Positions 21,197 to 32,057 of a DNA stretch of 64,000 nt are shown piece by piece. Origin of the DNA: Barthelona sp. PCE (lineage: Eukaryota). The notes under the pieces are model-generated. The model was given only the letters and a program-made list of their open reading frames with translations, ran no database searches and was not told the origin of the DNA. The stretch covers positions 1,054,001-1,118,000 of the forward strand of contig JAUFOR010000002.1 of assembly GCA_040285745.1 (NCBI GenBank), written 5' to 3'. Made by a program: the position numbers and the translations under genes. The stretch's first letter is position 1; each line of letters opens with the position of its first letter.

Positions 21197-22453
21197 TCAT
21201 ATTGATACCAAGAATGATTCTATCTTTGATGCTGATGTTCGAACATGATATACACGATTATCAGTGAATTTTTCTATTAATGATAGTAATATGCCAAACT
21301 CTTCAGAGTACTGCGATTTGTGTAAGTTCTTAAAAGAGGTAACTTTAATGATTTCAAAGAACAGTAAAGTTGATTTGGCATCAGCACTGTTGGTTATTAC
21401 AGAAAAAATATGTGACTCATATATTGAGAAAAAAGTACTCATCAAAAACTTAGCTCCAAGTATAATAGATCGACATAGGAAACCCACTGCAATTGTTGCA
21501 AACCATTCCGGATAAGACAACACGTTATTCAAAATAAAACATTTTAAAATTTGTAATTTCCGCTCTTTTCCAACTAATTTAATGAATCCTTCAATTAAAA
21601 AACAACTGTGCGCAAGTGAAACTCTGTCTCCAGTGTCTACGGCCTCAAACAAACCATTGATAACAGTATTGGTCATTTCGTCGATTGTTTCACGTACTAC
21701 AAAACCTTTTTTAGGGTACTTAAACACAGATCTCAAAGAATTTCGAAGACGAGCAACCATTACACCAACACTGCGCAAACCTATGCTCTTTCTTCGTGGA
21801 CATATTAAATCAGAACCAACCGCACTCACAATATCATTGCAAAGTCTTGATAGCAACAATAGAGCATGATCACTATCATCACATTCTAAAATTAGCCTTT
21901 CTAAAACAGCAGCCATCTTCACTACAATTGCGTCATGTCTATTTGTTAATGTTAAATATGTTAGTTTAGAAAACGTATCAACATCAATACAATGAATTCG
22001 ATTAGGTATTGAATCAAAAATATCTCTTGCAACATAAAAAAGGTTCTCTGGGCTGTGAAGACGGTTTAACAAAACAAGATCATCCTCGGAAACGGTAAGA
22101 TCGGAGTAAAAATATCGGTTATCACCCAAACACGCATACTTAAAAACTTTTTGAAATAGTTCAATACAATCTGTGTCCGTATCGGGGATTAGTTTCCAGT
22201 ATACAAGACTGTCCAGTGTTTGTACTGGATGAATAAACAAAGAAAGAACATCTTGTTCCTTTTTGCTTCGTCTGATAAGTTCTACAACAGACTGTGCAAT
22301 GAAATCCTTTCTCTCAGGAATGGACATTGCTATCTGAAACAAATCACCAGCACTTATAGATTCTGCATCGACGTTTTGCAAAACATGACGTCTAATTTCA
22401 TCATCATCCTTTAAAATATCTGAAATAATGCCGTTAAAACCCGATTCTGCCAT
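21197..22453 (-). CDS. Hypothetical alpha-solenoid (HEAT/ARM-like) protein
   Basis: About 418 aa, Leu/Ile-rich and helical, ending in a HEAT-like FTDNRVYHVRTSA. Confidence 0.65.
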   Translation of the reverse strand: MAESGFNGIISDILKDDDEIRRHVLQNVDAESISAGDLFQIAMSIPERKDFIAQSVVELIRRSKKEQDVLSLFIHPVQTLDSLVYWKLIPDTDTDCIELFQKVFKYACLGDNRYFYSDLTVSEDDLVLLNRLHSPENLFYVARDIFDSIPNRIHCIDVDTFSKLTYLTLTNRHDAIVVKMAAVLERLILECDDSDHALLLLSRLCNDIVSAVGSDLICPRRKSIGLRSVGVMVARLRNSLRSVFKYPKKGFVVRETIDEMTNTVINGLFEAVDTGDRVSLAHSCFLIEGFIKLVGKERKLQILKCFILNNVLSYPEWFATIAVGFLCRSIILGAKFLMSTFFSIYESHIFSVITNSADAKSTLLFFEIIKVTSFKNLHKSQYSEEFGILLSLIEKFTDNRVYHVRTSASKIESFLVSI

Positions 22454-22522
22454 TAACAAAAGAATGCAGCCCGTGGTATGGAAAAGAAATGCAACACTGA
22501 TTTTTACTATAAATTGAATTGA

Positions 22523-23803
22523 CTACTGGATTGAAATCGATTCAAGGGCCATCTCGTTGACATTGGAGATGTTCAAATGTCTGAGCATATCACGCAAGAA
22601 GTTCTTATCACTCACAATACTATTGTGATCAGTAACATAGCTCTTCATAACGCAAGATGTATCTCCTATGCACCACTTATCGTAAAAGTACTTGATTGAC
22701 TCGAAGGGAACCTGTCCATCGCCAGATTCAAAAAGAGAAGATGTGACGAATTTGGAAGCAGGCTTAGGGGCGTTATCCTTGTTGATCGTCCAAGTTTTAA
22801 CAGTGGTGAGCTTGTCGTGACCGTGGGCAAAGAACAAGTTCTTGACTGGCATATCATAGCTGGATAAATGATGTTTACGAATACTGGCAACCTGTTTAGC
22901 AAGATAATCGCGACCCTTCTTTTTCAAGACAGTCTCAGCGTTTCCGGGGGTCATCACCGTACCGTCAGTCCACTTCACAATGGGGATGTCACCGAAAACA
23001 GCTGGATCAGGCCAGATTGCAGTGAGTCCGAGCAAACCTTTGGACAATTCATAAATAGATTTTCCAGGTAACGAGACATGAGCCCACGGGATTGTACTGG
23101 CAAGGAGGTTACCTGTGAGGAACGCGCCTGGTATGATGGGGGCACCACCAATAGGTGTTGCAATGAGCATAGCACTGTTGATTGTTTCATCAATGAGCCT
23201 TTGACCATGGTTGTTTTTCATCCAAGTAAAGAATTTTGTGACAACAGCACCACCGTTGCTGTGTGCCAAGACGTGAACCTTTCGGTTTCCTTTGCTTAAA
23301 CGCCTAATCTTTGCGAGCATAACAGGGAAAAATTTCTCCCATTCGTCTGGGCTCTTACGGAAATCATAAGGAATGGCATCAACATCTGTCATACGCTTGT
23401 ACCCGTGTTCAACGAGTAAATCGATTATTGTGCCAAAATATTTCGTTAATGCTATGTTACGACAAGCAAAGTTATCTCCACACAGATTGGAGACTGCTGA
23501 GAGACTGTTGGGGTGAATACGGGTTTCGAAGCACTTTTTGGGATGGCAAGTCTTATATCTGCTATCACAATGAAGTGAAAAAGCCTCAGAAAAACAACCT
23601 AAAATAAGTTCTTTTGATACAAGACCAATATTTGCGTACAAGGAATCCCACTTTTTGGAGTATCCACAGAGTGTGGGGTGCGAAACGTCTGAACAAGTGA
23701 GTCTATAATCTAAACGTGTACCAAAAATTCCTGGAACCAACAATACTGGTTCAACAGCTAATCCCAAAGTAATGAAGAACAATAGAAGTACAGCAAAACG
23801 CAT
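22523..23803 (-). CDS. LCAT / lysosomal phospholipase A2-family acyltransferase with a signal peptide
   Basis: Signal MRFAVLLLFFITLGLA, then PVLLVPGIFGTRL, PYDFRKSP, AHSNGG nucleophile elbow, GDGQVP and a late His (DH). Confidence 0.9.
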   Translation of the reverse strand: MRFAVLLLFFITLGLAVEPVLLVPGIFGTRLDYRLTCSDVSHPTLCGYSKKWDSLYANIGLVSKELILGCFSEAFSLHCDSRYKTCHPKKCFETRIHPNSLSAVSNLCGDNFACRNIALTKYFGTIIDLLVEHGYKRMTDVDAIPYDFRKSPDEWEKFFPVMLAKIRRLSKGNRKVHVLAHSNGGAVVTKFFTWMKNNHGQRLIDETINSAMLIATPIGGAPIIPGAFLTGNLLASTIPWAHVSLPGKSIYELSKGLLGLTAIWPDPAVFGDIPIVKWTDGTVMTPGNAETVLKKKGRDYLAKQVASIRKHHLSSYDMPVKNLFFAHGHDKLTTVKTWTINKDNAPKPASKFVTSSLFESGDGQVPFESIKYFYDKWCIGDTSCVMKSYVTDHNSIVSDKNFLRDMLRHLNISNVNEMALESISIQ

Positions 23804-24246
23804 AATAGTCAACAAATGACTGCTAAAATGCAAACAAAAAGGAAGAAAATGAGAATTCGAAATTCTGTCTAAATTTTGGTTGTTGGCGTGCATCATGTAG
23901 TTTGGTCTTCCTTGCCATTATCTCGTGACCTCTCAATTGGTAGATATGCAATTTACTTGATCCTTCTTTCTAACTGACTATTTTCAAGCGCATGCAACAT
24001 TTAGTTACTGAATCTGATATCGCATCTACTTGTATAAGATAGTTTAGGTGTTTTGGGTCGAGTAAGTACAACAACCAACAATTCGAAAGTTTTCTGGATG
24101 TATAGAAATGAGTGTTTTGAGGGCGGATAGTACATATAAATTGCCAAATTGCTACAGTGGACACGTTAAATATCTTTTAAAACATGTTTTCTCAAATATT
24201 ATCCTTTCATACATTCATACTTTGATTTAAGGTATTTTGGGCAAAG

Positions 24247-25317
24247 ATGTCACTCTCATTGGATTCGGTAGACTCTTTCATGGCAGATTTAGCAATGTCA
24301 TTTATTGCTGAGAATAAGAACAAAAATTTAATGGATGATGGAGGTTCAGATGACGAAGACCTTCCTTGCATGCCATCAGAACTGAGGAATACAGAATCCA
24401 AACCAGTAGAGATTGTTCCACAACAAGAAGAGGTTGTTGAAGAGGAAGAAGAGGAAGAGATTAATTATCAAGGAGAATTCGAAACTCTCTCTCGGGATGA
24501 GCTTAAGGCACAGGCGATGGAATTCTTTCAAAAAGAAGAGAAAAAAGCAAATCATGATATAGTAGATAACGAAGCTGAGATTTCTGATGATGAAAAAGAG
24601 GAAGATGAGAAGGCAGAGGGATTAACACGCGAGGATATTGCGTTTGTTGATTTCAGACAACACATTACAGATAGAGCTGTGGACCTGCGTATTGAAGCAG
24701 AACTGAAAGAAAAGGAGAAAGCAAAGAGAAGAGAGAAGTTAAGGGAACAGTTTGAGTTATCGGAGCAAAGGCGGCAAAGACAAGAAGAAAGTTTAGCATA
24801 TGTACGTTATGAGAATGAACAGTTGGAAAAGTTGAACAAGAATCGAAATAATTTGAATCCAATTCTTTCAAAAGTATTAGACAAGGAAACCAAACGAATT
24901 CATAAATCACAAAAAATTGAAGAAAAGAATTCAAAAACTAGAGATGTATTTTTAAAGCATAGTCGGCCAGCTTTTATGAATAGTAATTCTCCATCGCCAT
25001 CTATTCTCGACTCTGGAACTCCAAGTCAACTTATGGATCTTGTGGGAGAATCAAGTTCGTCATTCTTCAGTCCCTTAAAAGAAAAAACAATGGTTTCAAG
25101 TAGAAGGAAGAGAAGAAAGAATTCTACAAATTCATTAATGACAAACTCAGGATTTGGATCAAGATCAAGAAAAAAGCAAACTACAACAGCTTTTGAAGAA
25201 GATGACGGTAGAAATTTAGATTTTTCAGCATTTTCTTTTTCAGCATCTTCACCAAAGTCCCCCACATCCCCTGTGTCCAAGAATAAGAGCTCTACAGTTT
25301 TTGATACTATCATCTAA
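24247..25317 (+). CDS. Acidic, disordered coiled-coil protein, weakly Claspin/Mrc1-like
   Basis: 356 aa. DIVDNEAEISDDE resembles the Mrc1/Claspin EAE-x-S-D motif, and there is a RRKRRK NLS. The family call is weak. Confidence 0.55.
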   Translation: MSLSLDSVDSFMADLAMSFIAENKNKNLMDDGGSDDEDLPCMPSELRNTESKPVEIVPQQEEVVEEEEEEEINYQGEFETLSRDELKAQAMEFFQKEEKKANHDIVDNEAEISDDEKEEDEKAEGLTREDIAFVDFRQHITDRAVDLRIEAELKEKEKAKRREKLREQFELSEQRRQRQEESLAYVRYENEQLEKLNKNRNNLNPILSKVLDKETKRIHKSQKIEEKNSKTRDVFLKHSRPAFMNSNSPSPSILDSGTPSQLMDLVGESSSSFFSPLKEKTMVSSRRKRRKNSTNSLMTNSGFGSRSRKKQTTTAFEEDDGRNLDFSAFSFSASSPKSPTSPVSKNKSSTVFDTII

Positions 25318-25630
25318 AAGATTTTGAGTCACTGTATCTTTTGAAGATGTTCTACTTTTTTGAATCTCTTCCTTTGCATATCTATGTTGAAGATTTTTAT
25401 AATAAATACGGTATACTCAACAATAGTACTTCTAGTCTGTTTAAGAAAATATTTTTAACCATTGTAAAAGTGAAAATTGTGTAAATCATATATATTTCCT
25501 GTTTATGGAAAGATTAACAGCAACCTCGATGCCATTCTATTTGAAAAGCATGTTTGTGATATATGAAAGTCAAAGTCAGTGAAAAAGTTGACATGCAGGG
25601 ATCATTTTCTTTATTTCATCCATTTCGTGC

Positions 25631-28600
25631 ATGTCTTATGATATAGCGAGGGTCTTTGACGACCGAAAGTACGTCATAGACACACTTGGGGTTTTTTGCG
25701 TTGCCCTACTGCATGAAGGGAAATTGCACCGGATTAACGACATATTCTCGCATGTTTCTCCAACAGATATGACGGAATTCTTTGAGTATTTCTCGGCTCT
25801 TCTTGTGAATAGGGCAAATGAGCCATTGTTCACAAAGTTAATTAACGATGATATTTTACGTTGCATGGATGCAGATTTAATGCAATTTACCACGGCAGCC
25901 AATGCTAAATTTGGGAATATATGTGTACCAATGTCTATGTTCTATCGTGAACAGCTCACAGATTCAGAATTACATGAATTTATTGAAAGCACAAATAAGC
26001 AATGGTATCTTGAGATAAATGACGTATCTCACCCTTTAATCCAGTCCATATTGTTGGCTTTGGGTTATAGTTTATCTTTTGAAGATGCACAGTCTTGTAT
26101 TAATTTGAAAAGTTATTTTGAAGATGTTTTCTATGAAGATATTATGGTAACTGGTGATTTTAGTATCGAAACAGCTTTTAAGTTTGGTGTTTTGAATAAT
26201 ATTCTTGATAGGAGTGCTTTTCTAGAGAAGCTTAAAGCAGTTAGCGCTCTCAATCCTTCTTTCTTGTTCATTATGGTGGTTTTATTCTTGATTGACGAGG
26301 ATATTACTGTAGAATACTTTACTAGAGATGTTTTACCTCTGCAATCAATTATTATTAGTCCAGATCCTTTTTCACGTTTCCTCGATGTTTTTTTCGAGCA
26401 AAATACTGTTCAAGACTGCCCACCCTGGATGATAGATTGTATAGACTGTGTGACAATCGGTTTGGCAATGGCTTATTGGGAAGGACAGCATTTTGATGAT
26501 TTAATCAAACTTATTAACGTACCAATACTTGAAAAAATGCCACATTTAACTTTTTTGTTCGAAGAACTCATGTTTATTGTTGAATATGAACTTTGTTATC
26601 AAGCCCCTATATTTTTTTCTCAAGATTTCAAGTTTGGAATTCAGGAGTCTTTAATATATGCATTAACTCAGCTTGAGAAGCCAGTGTATCTGTACGAGCT
26701 GCCTTCGTTCTTCGATGGTTTGGAACATACTGCTTTGCTTTTATTACAGCCAAATTCAAAAACGTTTTTACAATTTTTAGATCATTTTGATGGTTTGGAA
26801 AGTGGTACAGTTCACTGGAATTTCAGTGCTTTTGTTATTCTCACATTTTTCTTCTCCATTGTTTCATTGATACAAGGTAAGCCAGAAGTAATCACTCCTT
26901 TCTTCATGTTTCATCCTGGATCCGTCAGATGCATGGTCCCTGAGCTCGCCACTGAGGCCATTGACATCCTGTACAGGATGCTGAATACATGTAGTAATAT
27001 AGTTCGATCAGAAATGTATAGGGTCACTGAGCACTATGACATAGATATTAAAGAGGTAGAGAAGATGATTTCACTTCTTTTAAGCCGATATCAGACACTC
27101 AATGGTTCAATAACACTGTTTTTAAACGGATTCAGTCTCGCTACGGTCTTCTTTGGTGAGAAGCAATTTGGTGAGTCCGTTTATAAAATGCTTAGCGGGT
27201 CGGTGATGCAGACTGCCATCAGCGAGGGTTCTTTAACTTTAGACCCACAATGCATCATTGAGACTGACAGTTTTCGCGAGAACAGCACAGCACTGGCTCC
27301 ATTATTGGGAATATGCATCGTTTTTTCCTCAGATAATACAGCATCCCTCAAGGATTTGAAGCACTTCCTCTCGTCACAGGACCTTTCCGACATCGAACAC
27401 CTGAAGAATATTGTACAAGTACCTGGATCACCACAGAGTGTGCTAGAAAGTGCTCATTCAATAGGTATCAGCAGCGATTGTATCGATATTCTAATGCAAC
27501 TGAACAAGAAAGCACCATCTATCTCTCTTTTAAGGTGGCTTGTTGAGCCACTACGAATTTTCTCTGAGCTTTTAATGGAACGTGAGTATGTCTTATTTAA
27601 AGAGCTAAGTGAGGTTATTGAGGCCGATTGTATGGTTATTGCATCAAATGCTGTTGAAAAGCACTATATTGTCAAGGAAGATATCGATTCCCTTTTTTTC
27701 ATCAAATTTTGGTCTGTTAACCCATTTGTAGCTGTCTCACTGATGTTCACTGACGATTTATCCAATTTGAAGTTTGGTAATTTGTTTGAAAATATCACAC
27801 TGTTGGAGAAACACCGTGCTTATTTGAATCATGCGGAGGTGAAATTCTTCTTCAGTCATGTGTCGAGAGAAAATCCAATTCTTAGAAGGCTTTTTATCCA
27901 GACGGGACTCGTTAAGCGGTTTGGAGATGTAATATCCGCTGATCATTCGGAGCTACATTTAATTGAATCAAGGGATGACCTTATTTCAGAGTTTCGTTCT
28001 TCCATTGATGACGTGGAGATCGATGTTTGGTCAGACTCCGATTCAGACATTGACGACAGTAGTCAGGATGTATCCGCGTTACTGAGTCCAATCTCAAGTA
28101 TCAAACGTGAGCGTGTTCTAAAGACAAAACCGACTGGTATGACTAGGCGTTCACTTTCCTTTGAGGGAAATCCACCAACATTTGAGGATTCTTTTAGGAT
28201 GTTTGAGAGAAATCCAGTTTCTTATGTACTTAATGATGAAAAAAGTTTTTCTCAGAAATTAAAGTATGCAGAGAAATTCTTGCATTATCAATACGAAGAG
28301 CAGTACCTTAAACTGCGTGAAACGAGTACAGCTGATGATTTTGCACATGTGTTAGAGATATACACGGACATCTTTAGCATAGACATAGTGCTATTGTTAG
28401 GTCTTATTAAACTGGCAATTGACATGACAAGTGAGGAGCAGCGTTTTCAGACCTTGTATCACATTGTCCCTTTGATTGAGTATGAACATTACGTTTTTGT
28501 GTTAGAAAACATTCAGTGTTTTATGCCACTTTATTATGTATTAAAACTTTGGAAAGATTTCAGTCAAATATGTCAAAACACCCAGTTGTTCAATGTTTAT

Positions 28601-31600
28601 CTCGAAAAGAGTGAAATTGCTGTTAAATCTTTGAGGGTTTATTACCAAATTTTCCTTGGTACTGTATTAAATACTGAATTTATCGATGGAGAACCAGATT
28701 TATGCTTTGAGTACTTGACAGGACTAAGGCGTTCAAATATTCGTGATAAATACAGTGATGCACACTTGTGTCACTGTCTTTATTCAATGGATTGGGTTAA
28801 ACTATTGGAGGTTGATGTTTTATCTCTCAGTAACCATTTGTTCAACATTGATCTTGGTGATCTTGGTCTGGAGTTACTCTTGTGTCGTAAGGATTTGTTT
28901 CATCATTTCTCTGTTTTAAAGGCTGAAAGTCTCACTAAATCCTTAGTGTATACACGGAGCATTGACCTCTCTGTCGATGAATTTATGGCAGATAACCACA
29001 CAGTTATGTTTGAACTGATGATAAGTTTAAAGTTACCTAATCTTTTACATGGTGTATTTCTTAAACGCTTCCTCAGTCGATTAACCAACCCAAAGGCCGT
29101 CCTGGCAGTGGGTAGGTGGGTAATTGATGTGTACGAGGACTATGGGTTTCTGGAAGGCGAATCTTTCAACTATGAGACATGTCCTAATTCGTGTACACCA
29201 TTACTCATAAAGAAGCTCAGAGATACGCTTACAGGAGCCCTTATTGTTGCTAATCTAGGTCCAGAGGAGGTTATGTTGTACAAGGAGTCGCTCAGTCGTC
29301 CAACAAACATCATTGAGCATCTTTTGATGTGTAACAATGTGGCTTTAGCACTGCGTCTGATCAACATGTGTCGCAAAGCGCCCCGTAAGTACATTTCAGA
29401 CTCATTTGTCGAGTCATTTGTGGTACGCTTGGTTTTGGAATATGCAATGAAGGCGCTTTACATCCACGGAAAGAACACCGATGATATCGAGCTCGAAATC
29501 CCTATTCGAGCTGTTAAAAACGCAACTACAGTAACACCAAAGACATCCAAAAATAACGATGTGTTTGTAACACTCCCAGTTCATCAACTCTCAGATGATG
29601 AGACGGATGCTGTCACTGCAAACACAATCACAACAATATGGAGCGCACAGACAGGAAGTCCCAACGAACTTGTTGTTAACGAAAGCGCGTTCACACCGTT
29701 TTATACAGACGTTGTTCGTGTAGATCTTGATGATACCCTCAGCGAGATACATGAAAGCGGTAACGTTTCCTCTTTAGCGTTTTCTATTCTTCAAAAGTCA
29801 AACAGTCTTCAAACACAGCAGATGGGATTTTCTCCTCTACTCACGGGTAATAAGGATCTAGACACGCAGATCCGTCAGAACTTTGCATACCCATATCCTC
29901 CCCGTGTTGGACACGTCTTTGCTTTGGTTTCTCTTGTTACTGACGAGCTTGAACTTGTACTTGTACTGAAAGTTTTAGTCGTCGGTATGCTCTCATTCTC
30001 GTTCAAGGTTCCAGCGTTCGACGGTGCACTTCATCTTGATAGGCTCAATGTAATATCGAAACTTTTCTTTGATAAATTTCAGAAATTGACAGAGGAACAA
30101 CAGGAACTCGTAGAAAACACTGAAATGTTTAAAGACTACCCGTGCAAATTGCTAACAAAATGTGATAACACTGTTCCATTCGTGCACCATCTCTGCAAAT
30201 TACATAATTTCAACCTTAAGAACAATGTGCTCCCTATGGCTAACCCAGACCACCTAGAGCGTTTAGTATACGACTTGCTTGAGGCTGATCTGCTGAGCCA
30301 GGTATTGTTGTATTCTCAGATTCTACCGCCCAAGCTGCAACTCAAGGTGCTGACTAAGGCAACACAACGTATATCAACGTACATGGGTTCTCTGTCAGAC
30401 ATTCTTCACTGGATTGATCAGCTGGGTAAGTTAAAGGATTTTGGATTAGCGCAGAATATAGACAGTATATTACTTCCTCTCATGCGTCTTCCGGCCAGCA
30501 GTATTTCATTTATCACGTTACCTACTATCTCAGCTACGTTAAACTGTTTCTACAAAGCAGGGTTCAACCAAGATGATAAGCAAAGCCTTGCTCCATTCAA
30601 GAATTTGGATAATCTTGCTATTCCTGTATTTTTACTCAATGGATTACACGCAAACGCATTGAATTTCGGTCACAAGCTGCAATTCCTCAACGTAGATGAA
30701 AAGAATACTATCACAATAGATGCTCTGCTTGAATTTGAAAAGGAGCTGGAGAAAAGGGAACGAAATATTATGGCAAAGACTTTATTGCTTTCGGCACCTG
30801 TGACGTGGAGCAACGTCAAGTATTACGTCACAACTGGCGACATAGACCACGCTATCATGAACTGTCTCAGCAACCCGCAGCTATTCTTGAGAGATCGTAC
30901 TGATGAAGCTGTGGACAAGGGCACCGCCCCATCGTATGTGACAAACGCATCTCACATCACAGGAAACGTGGAGTTCTCCTTGATCACCGAACGTATCTCT
31001 GTATTCATGGCCAATGGAGGTTTGTATTTAATGCCAGATGTATGTCAGCATCTTCTGAGTGGACTCATTTTCCCAGTCATTGGACAGGGGTCGGGCGCAC
31101 TCGACACGTTCTTCTCAGAACTTAAAAGATTGAATAAGAACTTGCTTGATGTCTCCGAGGATATTCAGAAGATTCAGACAACGATGTTGAACGTACTAGC
31201 GTTCCTCGGGTGTTTCCACTACCTCTACCACTACTATGCACTGGAAGGGAACCATTACTATGCGTCACAGTGCTGTATGGCACACATTATGGTGCTGTAT
31301 GAAAAGAAGCGTCCGGTTCCTACGTCTCTTATTGACCGTCTGAATTGGCATATAGTACACGGTGCCCAGCGTGCGGAATCGTCGTATGCGTCAGGGGCAA
31401 AGCTCGATAGATGGAATATGGATGATGACGGAACGTTTGAAGAACATCAACAACTCGTCCAAATACAACTGTCGATTTTTGACTTTTTCAACCGCTATTC
31501 CACTCCTAAGGCTTATCGTCTTTCAAAGAAACCTGCATTCGTGTTTGTATCGAGACGAATGATCGGTGATAAGGACCTGTGCGTGGAAGAAATCGAATCC

Positions 31601-32053
31601 TGGTCAGCGATGTGGCACATCAGCTTGGAACATGACGATGATCTGATAACAATATTATTGGCCATGCAGTGTGTTTCTGCGATAGTATTTGACTACATCT
31701 CTATTGGATTCAAATTATTATTAGAACGTATGATGGATTGTAATCATTTCAAGGGGATTTCTGAAATTTTTGAGAAAGTCAACAGACCGTTGTCAACACC
31801 TTTCTTCCTTGATCTGGTTGTATTTGCTTTACAAAATAGTGTCACGGTGACCAAGAATATCGTCTCCTATCGATTAGAGTGGCTCGAATACATGCCATTG
31901 CAGGATGCACTGGATATGTGCCATGAACTTTCCTTGCTCGAAGAAGGACATCGCTTAGCAACGAACCACGACCGAGTATTCGAGCAAAGTCAATTCAGAA
32001 ACTTACTTAATTCAATGATATCCAATAAGAGGAAGAAAGGAGGTATCAACTAA
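25631..32053 (+). CDS. Spastizin/SPG15 (ZFYVE26)-like large solenoid protein with no recognisable FYVE finger
   Basis: 2140 aa. LSRPTNIIEHLLMCNNVALA, LEYAMKAL and LTGNKDLDTQIRQNFAYPYPP match conserved spastizin blocks in order. Confidence 0.7.
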   Translation: MSYDIARVFDDRKYVIDTLGVFCVALLHEGKLHRINDIFSHVSPTDMTEFFEYFSALLVNRANEPLFTKLINDDILRCMDADLMQFTTAANAKFGNICVPMSMFYREQLTDSELHEFIESTNKQWYLEINDVSHPLIQSILLALGYSLSFEDAQSCINLKSYFEDVFYEDIMVTGDFSIETAFKFGVLNNILDRSAFLEKLKAVSALNPSFLFIMVVLFLIDEDITVEYFTRDVLPLQSIIISPDPFSRFLDVFFEQNTVQDCPPWMIDCIDCVTIGLAMAYWEGQHFDDLIKLINVPILEKMPHLTFLFEELMFIVEYELCYQAPIFFSQDFKFGIQESLIYALTQLEKPVYLYELPSFFDGLEHTALLLLQPNSKTFLQFLDHFDGLESGTVHWNFSAFVILTFFFSIVSLIQGKPEVITPFFMFHPGSVRCMVPELATEAIDILYRMLNTCSNIVRSEMYRVTEHYDIDIKEVEKMISLLLSRYQTLNGSITLFLNGFSLATVFFGEKQFGESVYKMLSGSVMQTAISEGSLTLDPQCIIETDSFRENSTALAPLLGICIVFSSDNTASLKDLKHFLSSQDLSDIEHLKNIVQVPGSPQSVLESAHSIGISSDCIDILMQLNKKAPSISLLRWLVEPLRIFSELLMEREYVLFKELSEVIEADCMVIASNAVEKHYIVKEDIDSLFFIKFWSVNPFVAVSLMFTDDLSNLKFGNLFENITLLEKHRAYLNHAEVKFFFSHVSRENPILRRLFIQTGLVKRFGDVISADHSELHLIESRDDLISEFRSSIDDVEIDVWSDSDSDIDDSSQDVSALLSPISSIKRERVLKTKPTGMTRRSLSFEGNPPTFEDSFRMFERNPVSYVLNDEKSFSQKLKYAEKFLHYQYEEQYLKLRETSTADDFAHVLEIYTDIFSIDIVLLLGLIKLAIDMTSEEQRFQTLYHIVPLIEYEHYVFVLENIQCFMPLYYVLKLWKDFSQICQNTQLFNVYLEKSEIAVKSLRVYYQIFLGTVLNTEFIDGEPDLCFEYLTGLRRSNIRDKYSDAHLCHCLYSMDWVKLLEVDVLSLSNHLFNIDLGDLGLELLLCRKDLFHHFSVLKAESLTKSLVYTRSIDLSVDEFMADNHTVMFELMISLKLPNLLHGVFLKRFLSRLTNPKAVLAVGRWVIDVYEDYGFLEGESFNYETCPNSCTPLLIKKLRDTLTGALIVANLGPEEVMLYKESLSRPTNIIEHLLMCNNVALALRLINMCRKAPRKYISDSFVESFVVRLVLEYAMKALYIHGKNTDDIELEIPIRAVKNATTVTPKTSKNNDVFVTLPVHQLSDDETDAVTANTITTIWSAQTGSPNELVVNESAFTPFYTDVVRVDLDDTLSEIHESGNVSSLAFSILQKSNSLQTQQMGFSPLLTGNKDLDTQIRQNFAYPYPPRVGHVFALVSLVTDELELVLVLKVLVVGMLSFSFKVPAFDGALHLDRLNVISKLFFDKFQKLTEEQQELVENTEMFKDYPCKLLTKCDNTVPFVHHLCKLHNFNLKNNVLPMANPDHLERLVYDLLEADLLSQVLLYSQILPPKLQLKVLTKATQRISTYMGSLSDILHWIDQLGKLKDFGLAQNIDSILLPLMRLPASSISFITLPTISATLNCFYKAGFNQDDKQSLAPFKNLDNLAIPVFLLNGLHANALNFGHKLQFLNVDEKNTITIDALLEFEKELEKRERNIMAKTLLLSAPVTWSNVKYYVTTGDIDHAIMNCLSNPQLFLRDRTDEAVDKGTAPSYVTNASHITGNVEFSLITERISVFMANGGLYLMPDVCQHLLSGLIFPVIGQGSGALDTFFSELKRLNKNLLDVSEDIQKIQTTMLNVLAFLGCFHYLYHYYALEGNHYYASQCCMAHIMVLYEKKRPVPTSLIDRLNWHIVHGAQRAESSYASGAKLDRWNMDDDGTFEEHQQLVQIQLSIFDFFNRYSTPKAYRLSKKPAFVFVSRRMIGDKDLCVEEIESWSAMWHISLEHDDDLITILLAMQCVSAIVFDYISIGFKLLLERMMDCNHFKGISEIFEKVNRPLSTPFFLDLVVFALQNSVTVTKNIVSYRLEWLEYMPLQDALDMCHELSLLEEGHRLATNHDRVFEQSQFRNLLNSMISNKRKKGGIN

Positions 32054-32057
32054 TGTT

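Noticed and set aside
25596-25610. CAGGGATCATTTTCT resembling U3 box A
   Set aside because: It is an isolated match 20 nt before the spastizin-like ATG with no other U3 elements.
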